NCBI GenBank assembly: GCA_951406725.2
Contig: OX597820.1
Coordinates: forward strand, 122,822,001 to 122,886,000
From: Octopus vulgaris
Taxonomy: Eukaryota
Direction of reading: 5' to 3'
DNA length: 64,000 nucleotides
In this document: in pieces, positions 57,240-64,000 of the stretch
Layout: each line of letters begins with the position of its first letter
Position numbering within the stretch: the first letter of the stretch is position 1
Program-made: the position numbers and the translations under genes
Notes under the pieces: model-generated
Database searches by the model: none
What the model saw: the letters and a program-made list of their open reading frames with translations, nothing else
Told to the model about the DNA's origin: nothing

Positions 57240-57773
57240 TATATATGTATATATACGAGCATTCGATGTACGTATCTCTGCATGTATTACTTCCGCATAC
57301 ATATAGGCATGTATACATATAATCTTTGCAGATTTGCAGTTCCAAGTTAACCCTGAAGCCATCTCTCTTGGCATCGTGTCAGAAATCTTACCATACACGG
57401 TTTTCTCAATCGAAAATCATATTTAATCGACAGATTAGCTTGTCTACCACCGTTAAGAACACGTTTGCTATTAGAAATTCTCGCACGATTTTGTAGGCGT
57501 TGAGTTTTATAATCCCTTTCTTGCCATTTATTATGGAATATAGATACATATACATGCATGACAGCATGCATACACATGCATCTAATTTTTGATTTATGCG
57601 TGTAATTTTTTTTTAGATCCTGCTTCTTGTATTTGTACTTTCTTCAGCTTTTTTACTTTAGTATTTCTCACATATAGATTTGCTTCCATATCGATAATAT
57701 ATTTTTTTCCTATTGATAAATTCTCGAAAATCTTTCCTCTTTACGTTTTTACATCTCCAGCACACACACACAC

Positions 57774-57806
<33 letters not shown>

Positions 57807-57914
57807 CGCGCGCCTGTATGTGTTGAAGTGCTTATGTGCGTGTATGTATACACATATATGTACATTCATATAAGTGTATGTATGTGAGCATGTTTATATA
57901 TGTATATGTATATA

Positions 57915-57972
<58 letters not shown>

Positions 57973-58138
57973 ATGCATAAATATAACCTGTTGTACATAA
58001 TTGCATACATAACATACATAGATGAATGCGTAAATTTCAATAAGAATATCAATTGAAAGGCTGAAGTATGACCAAGAAGGAAGAAGAAGAAAAGTGTCAA
58101 ATACAATCTTTATAGGGTATTACATTAAATACGCAGCT

Positions 58139-58216
<78 letters not shown>

Positions 58217-58219
<3 letters not shown>

Positions 58220-59461
58220 GGGTTGGACAAAATAATGGAAACACCTTAAAATTTCAAAAACAATTATTTTAATATGGAGTAGGACCGCATTTGGCAGTAA
58301 TTGCAGTTTGAATTCTACGAGGTATGGTCTCCTACAAAGTTTGAATTGTTTCCAAAGGAATTATTGTCCATTCTTCAGCTAAAACTGTCTCCAGTTCTTG
58401 TAGTGGTCATGGTGGAGGATATCGACTCCTTACTTGTTTTTCTAAAATGCACCATAAATGTTCAGTAATATTGAGATCTGGGGACTGTGGTGGCTAGATA
58501 AGATGTTCAACTTCACTAGAATGTTTCTCGTAGTATTCAGTAACAATTTAGATGTGTGAATTGGTGCATTATCATCCTGAAAGGTTGCGTCTCCCTCTGA
58601 AGATAGTTCGGCAACTATAGGATGAATTCGATCAGATAAAATGCATAAATAGTCTTGACTGTTAATTCTGCCAAGATATAACCCTCCCCCTCCCCAGATC
58701 GTCACAGATCCTCCTCCATGCTTAATAGTTGGAAGAAGGCATTCTGGGTCAAATGCTTCTTTTGGCTGTCTCCACACGTATACTCGGCCGGTGATCGGAA
58801 ATAAAGTAAAGGATGAATCGTCCGAGAAAATAACATTCTTCCACTGATCTAGGGACCAATTCTGTAGGTTTTTACTCCACTTTAAACGCTTTGCGACTTT
58901 TGTTTTTGAAAGTAGGGGTTTTCTGATTGCAGCACTCCCGTGAAATCTGGTTTTGTGCATCTCCCAGCGAACAGTTTTTGTGGAATTTGGGTTTTCGAGG
59001 TGGTCATTAAGCTCTGCAGTAATTTTGGGAGCTGCACTTTTGTGATCCTTTCTAACAATTCGTGTAAGAGTCCAGCAGTCCTTCTCTGAAAGTTTTAGTT
59101 TTCTTCCGGAGTTTTGTTTCTTCGAGGAGGATTTTTCCTCTTTACCAAACGCTGTCATTACTTTCGATACTGTATTTCTTGATACATCAAACATTTCGGC
59201 TGCTTTCGTTATGCTGGCGCTAACCATATGAGCACCAACAATTTGACTTCGTTGAAAGTCCGATAGATCTGTCATTTTAATTAATTTTAATTCCATTTTT
59301 CTGATGATATCTGTAAAGAAACAGCAATTTTAGCAAAACGTATTAAGCAACATTAATAATAAATCAAAAACCGTAAAAATAAACAAGCTTTTGGCGGTTT
59401 TATAGATATTTCAAAATTATGATGTTATGATGCTAGGTGTTTCCACTATTTTGTCCAACCC

Positions 59462-59464
<3 letters not shown>
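58217..59464 (-). mobile_element. Full-length Tc1 transposon inserted in (TA)n
   Basis: 30-bp TIRs CAGGGGTTGGACAAAATAATGGAAACACCT and AGGTGTTTCCACTATTTTGTCCAACCCCTT with TA flanks. Confidence 0.95.
58269..59275 (-). pseudogene. Tc1 DDE transposase, frameshifted
   Basis: MTDLSDFQRSQIVG (HTH), WKNVIFSDDSSF and FQDDNAPIH; SPDLNITEHLW and the terminal GPTPY* lie beyond a frameshift. Confidence 0.92.
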
Positions 59465-59512
<48 letters not shown>

Positions 59513-59753
59513 AACATACATACATAATTTGTTCACGGGAAACTCTTTGATTATGCAAATAAAGGTTCCATTCCATTATGCCAGCCACAGTCTAACGATG
59601 CTGACTGATGAACAAGTTTTGGGGTTGCATCGAGCTGTACTGATATACTATAGGATAAATATAATAATAACAATGATAATACACAATGACCCAGGGACTA
59701 TTGTTATTATTAGTATATACACACAAACATACACACACACACACATAATTTAC

Positions 59754-59809
59754 CGTTCGTCAGTATCTTGAACAACGAATGCAAGATTTAGCTTTCTGTT
59801 TTTAATAAC
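59754..59809 (-). CDS. Candidate internal coding exon of an unidentified host gene
   Basis: actaat branch-like site, gcgcAG acceptor, 56 nt, GTAAAT donor. Only one frame is open: VIKNRKLNLAFVVQDTDE(R). No homology recognised. Confidence 0.35.
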
Positions 59810-60039
59810 CTGCGCACCAAGTTTTATTAGTTTTTGAATGGCGAAGTGAATTGCCGCCCACAAACAGAAACGAAGCATCGTTGTGTAAAAGTGTTTGCCA
59901 TTTCTTTTCTATGGGACAGTTCTTGATTTTGGAAAACATTTTATTTCTATTACATAAACTATAATCAAAGATTTGAAATTTTAAAATTCCTTAAAAAATT
60001 TATTAGATCATTTTAGAGTTGATTTACCTCTCTTCAGGA

Positions 60040-61560
60040 ATTTGCTTCCGAAGGATGATCAGCAAGGAAATTCTTCTGTAGCTGCTATAATCGCTTTTAT
60101 TTCCTTTCTTTTCGAACAAAGTAACAATATTGCAGCCCCTGACACCCTGTAGCACTGCTCCTATCCATAAAAGCACAGCAGTTTGCAAAGGTGTCGCAAA
60201 AGGATGCTCTTTGTTCGTTTGATGATCTCTAAGGAAATGCCATCCAGTCCCAGTGCTTTACCAAACAGAAAAGTAATCAATAGTTTTGGTCAGTTTTTCA
60301 ACAGACAGCCAGTATCCAGTTCCTCCATCACTTGCAAACGTTCCGTGGTGTCTAGCACACTGTCTGGGATGGTATTTTCTGTGGAATAGAGTTTTGGATT
60401 CATGTTCTACCCAGATTTCCGTCTGGTTGTTTTTGTCTTCGATGGTTTCGCATGTTATGGTTTTCAATGGTCGGTGTTGTCTTGCTCATTATTGGGCCCG
60501 TGGAGGCATATGGCCTAGTGGTTAGAGCAGCGGACTCGCGGTCGAGGGATCGCGGGTTCGAATCTCAGACCGGGCGATGAGTGTGTTTATGAGCGAAACA
60601 CCTAAGCTCCACGCAGCTCAGACAGAAGGTAATGGCGAACTTCTGCTGACTCTTTCGCCACAACTTTCTCTCCCTCTTTCCTCCTGCATATTGCAGCTCA
60701 CCTGCGACGGACCGGCGTCCCGTGCAGGTGGGAAACCTATACGCCAAGAAATCGGGAAACCGGCCCTTATGAGCCAGGCATGACTCGAGAAGGAACAAAA
60801 CAACAACATGATTGGGCCGATGGCCTTCTTTGTCTTCTCATATCTTCCACAGATAACATCTGTCCCAGGTGATGAGTGAATATATTTGCAAACCCACAAA
60901 CCAGCTGTCATTTGCACAGAATCTGATTGTTTTCTGAAACTTGCATCTTAATTTTCTTTGTGCTGACATGGTCACATCGGTGAAGTAGCGTTTATGTTTA
61001 AATAATGGTAATATTTTGCCTCGATGACAGCGGCGAACTTGCCCAACCTGCCTCAAACTAATTTTGCAACTTGTAGCATTTCCTAACAAAGACCTTCAAT
61101 GCAGTTCTGTGGGTAGTGTTCCTGAGAGTATCCCATTACATCTCTGCCTCTACAACCGAGGATCTGAGGGTAGGGAGCCCGCCAGTAACTTTCTGAACTC
61201 TTCTGGTTTATCTGGTTAATGTATCACCATTGCATCAATTCGCTGCTTGCCGCATAGTTTCGTAAGCTGCATCTTCTTTAGATTCAGTCTGATCTTGCAG
61301 CAAAACAAAGATGAATTATGATATAATCTGCAGTGAGGAAGAATCGAGCCATGAGTAAATTCTTCGAATGGAATTGTCTTGTAATTATAAGCTCTAGTCG
61401 ATGCTAGTGTCTGGATCGGGGATATGTACAAAACACTGGTGATACACAGTTCATACAGTGTACTCAACTCAAGCGAGGGTTGTACGTTGATATTTATACT
61501 GCAAATCCGATGTTCACCCATGTAGCTTGGCTAGGGTTCATAGCAGCCACCCAATCTGGC
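60040..61560 (-). mobile_element. Highly decayed CR1-like LINE
   Basis: ISPIQ..NYKTIP (ITPIHK..NYRPIS-like) and GILSGT (GVPQGT-like); interrupted by a SINE. Confidence 0.5.
60499..60806 (+). mobile_element. Family C SINE with TSD
   Basis: TGGCCTAGTGGTTAG and GGTTCGAATCTC boxes; TSD CAT(T/G)ATTGGGCC at 60487-60498 and 60807-60818. Confidence 0.92.
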
Positions 61561-62345
61561 GTTGAAACCGCCAAGCTGCAGCAGCAGCAGTTGTCACGGT
61601 TTTGGAGCTTCTGCAATTATACATAGACACATGCATACATAGACACATGCACGCACACATACTAACAAGTACACATATTTATGTTGTTATAGAAATTTAA
61701 TAGGTAGGCAGTCAGAGGTGATAAATTTTAGTCTAGTGGAGGCGAATAAGCGAAACTGTCAAGATGGGGGAAACTGAAAGATGCAGAAATGGTGTTCGAG
61801 ACTGGATATCGAATTAATATCGATCGTTTGAATGATGAATGAGGTGCCTTCCAATGCATAAGATTTAGTTTGGTAAAAAGATATGCGTTCTTCTTCATTC
61901 TCACTCTCTCCTTATCTATTTATCTCTGTCTTTGTGTGCGTGTGAGTGTGTGTGTGTGTGTGTGTGTAAACTAAAAATGTGGTCGGCGAAATAACTCCGA
62001 ATGGCAGGTAGTAAATATATGAACGCCATAGACAAATATGTGAATAACAAATAGCATACAACAGCACTTCTTGATTTATTAGAATTATCTCCTCATCTAG
62101 AGGAAGTGTAACAATTACCAAATTGCAATTAAAACCAGCTCCGCTGAACAAGGGAGATAATCTCAAGTGTAAAGAATTTCTCCAAACCTGACACACCATT
62201 AAGGATAAGAACAGACTAACAGTGTATCTATGAGGACAGTCATTAATTATTAACACTACGATAGACCTCTCGATATATATATATATTATTTATTTAAAGG
62301 TACTTTTTGCTGAATTTTCTATCACGGATCAGTACATTATATATA

Positions 62346-62707
62346 TCTCTCTCTATATAAACGGCAGTTTGTCTGTGCGTGTTTCTGTGTGTCTGTTTGC
62401 TTGTACCCTCACCCTGACCACGGCTTTCAACCGATTCTGATGAAACTTGATACACACATAGCCCAATGTCATAATTCAAAACTAACGCAGCGAAAATTTT
62501 GAAAAGTTCCCCCAGTTCTGAAAAAAATCGATAAATTCGACATGGGGTCGAGAATCAGAAACACGAACCACAAACTGTCTAGGGGTCGCAACTCCACCTT
62601 TTTTAAATCTCAAAAAAAAATTTACCATCATTTTTTTTCCATTTTTTGCTATTTTTTGGCTATAACTCTCTAAAAATGCTTTATAGTTATTTCCCTTACA
62701 AACCTGA
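62346..62707 (+). mobile_element. Non-autonomous Helitron lacking its 3' terminus
   Basis: 5' TCTCTCTCTATATAAA; the 3' part CTCTAAAAATGCT..TAGTTATTTCCCTTACAAACCTGA is shared with the Helitron at 22748-23146, but the hairpin and CTAG are missing. Confidence 0.82.
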
Positions 62708-64000
62708 TCAGTACATTATATATATATATATATATATATACTCAGCATTGGTTGATCTCCGTGAGCAGTCAAGCGTGAGAGGAAACTTAGAGATGCTAGT
62801 CAACATTTAATATAAACATACACACACATTCTCTCTCTCTCTTTCTCACACACACACGCGCTCGCACGCGCAAAGTCATTAACACACACAAACACATACA
62901 CGCATACACACACACACACACACACACAAGCACATACATACATGCAGATGTCCGCGTTCATTTCATGTGTCTGTTCCTGAATATATTTGTGGTGTTAGAG
63001 CGTTATTTGAATTTGTATATCTTTGTATATTTGCACATTTTTCTTGAAAGCCGACTTTCTGTTTGTGTTTGATAAGGCTACGATCTGCTACTTTTTTCCA
63101 CTCTATGTAATCTAGTGGAACACTGTGTTGTCATGGCAACAAACATATCATTGATGCAATTCCATTGCTTAGAATTGTATAAAAGTGTCAGCGGAATCCA
63201 AAGCCCTATTGAACGATATCCAAATGCTTTTGTATCACTGGCTCTAATCCGTATTCTGTGTATGTGTGTGTGTATGCGTTTGCCCCAACGTGGCCGCTGC
63301 TCTCGAACTGAAAGAATAAAAGAATATGGAAGCAACTATCTCTCTAGCTATCATCCTGGGCCTTTTGCTCGATCCTCAGCTCTGTGGAATTCGTTATATG
63401 GGAATTTGATAGAAACCATTTACATGGATTTTGCTTGCACTTCAAAGGCCACGGCTAACAGTTATTGCGTCACACTGAATATCCTTGTTTAATATACGTT
63501 AATCGCTTATTAAACAACGAAGGAGATTAACCGATCACGTAACGTGAGTAATTCTCTACTTTCATCGCACCATAATATGTGACAAGTGACCTCGCAAGTA
63601 GATCTCAAAGGCCACTTTCTTTACTCCAACAAGTCCCACAGATAAAAACCCTGGTTAAGAAGAATACTTTTGTGGTTCGCTTATGATTTCTTTTCACCAC
63701 ACTAACTGCACAAGAGAATCATTTCCCCATTAGGCTCAAAGCCTGAAATTTTGGAGGTCGGGACTAGAACGTTGACACCAACCCCAGTGCTCAGCTGTTG
63801 CTTATTTTATCAACCCCAGAAGGATGAAAGACAAAGTCGACCTCGGTGATATAACTCAATAACCGTAAAAAGTGCTGCTAAGACTTTATCCGGCATGGTA
63901 ACGATTCTACTAGCTCGCAGCTTTACGCTAAATGTTAATAATAAAACAAACGCTAATTTTAGTTAACTCCGAGCAAAAATTTCTCTCTTTTGTTCTATTT

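Noticed and set aside
58442-59296. Active Tc1 transposase
   Set aside because: A frameshift precedes the catalytic Glu, there is an apparent deletion near IWGGGG, and one terminal TIR base is mutated.

Overview
AT-rich eukaryotic DNA dense in microsatellites and transposon debris. The SINE, LINE and microsatellite make-up looks like an octopus (coleoid cephalopod) genome; that assignment is inference. I could identify no intact host gene, tRNA, rRNA or CRISPR array, and nearly all long ORFs in the track are microsatellite artefacts. DNA transposons supported by the sequence: a full-length decayed Tc1, a full-length decayed Chapaev3-type element, a hAT remnant, a MITE family with 8-bp target-site duplications (TSDs), two non-autonomous Helitrons and a fold-back element. 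Retroelements: six Dong/R4-type LINE remnants, CR1-, RTE- and Tx1-like LINE fragments, Penelope-like remnants carrying hammerhead ribozyme motifs, and several modular tRNA-derived SINE families. The signals these features do not explain are (1) non-repetitive islands on the minus strand that start at AG acceptors, six of which give 12-16 codon peptides and a stop in the same intron phase, a candidate array of alternative last exons of a large gene, and (2) repeated locally templated insertions copied from 2-3 kb away.
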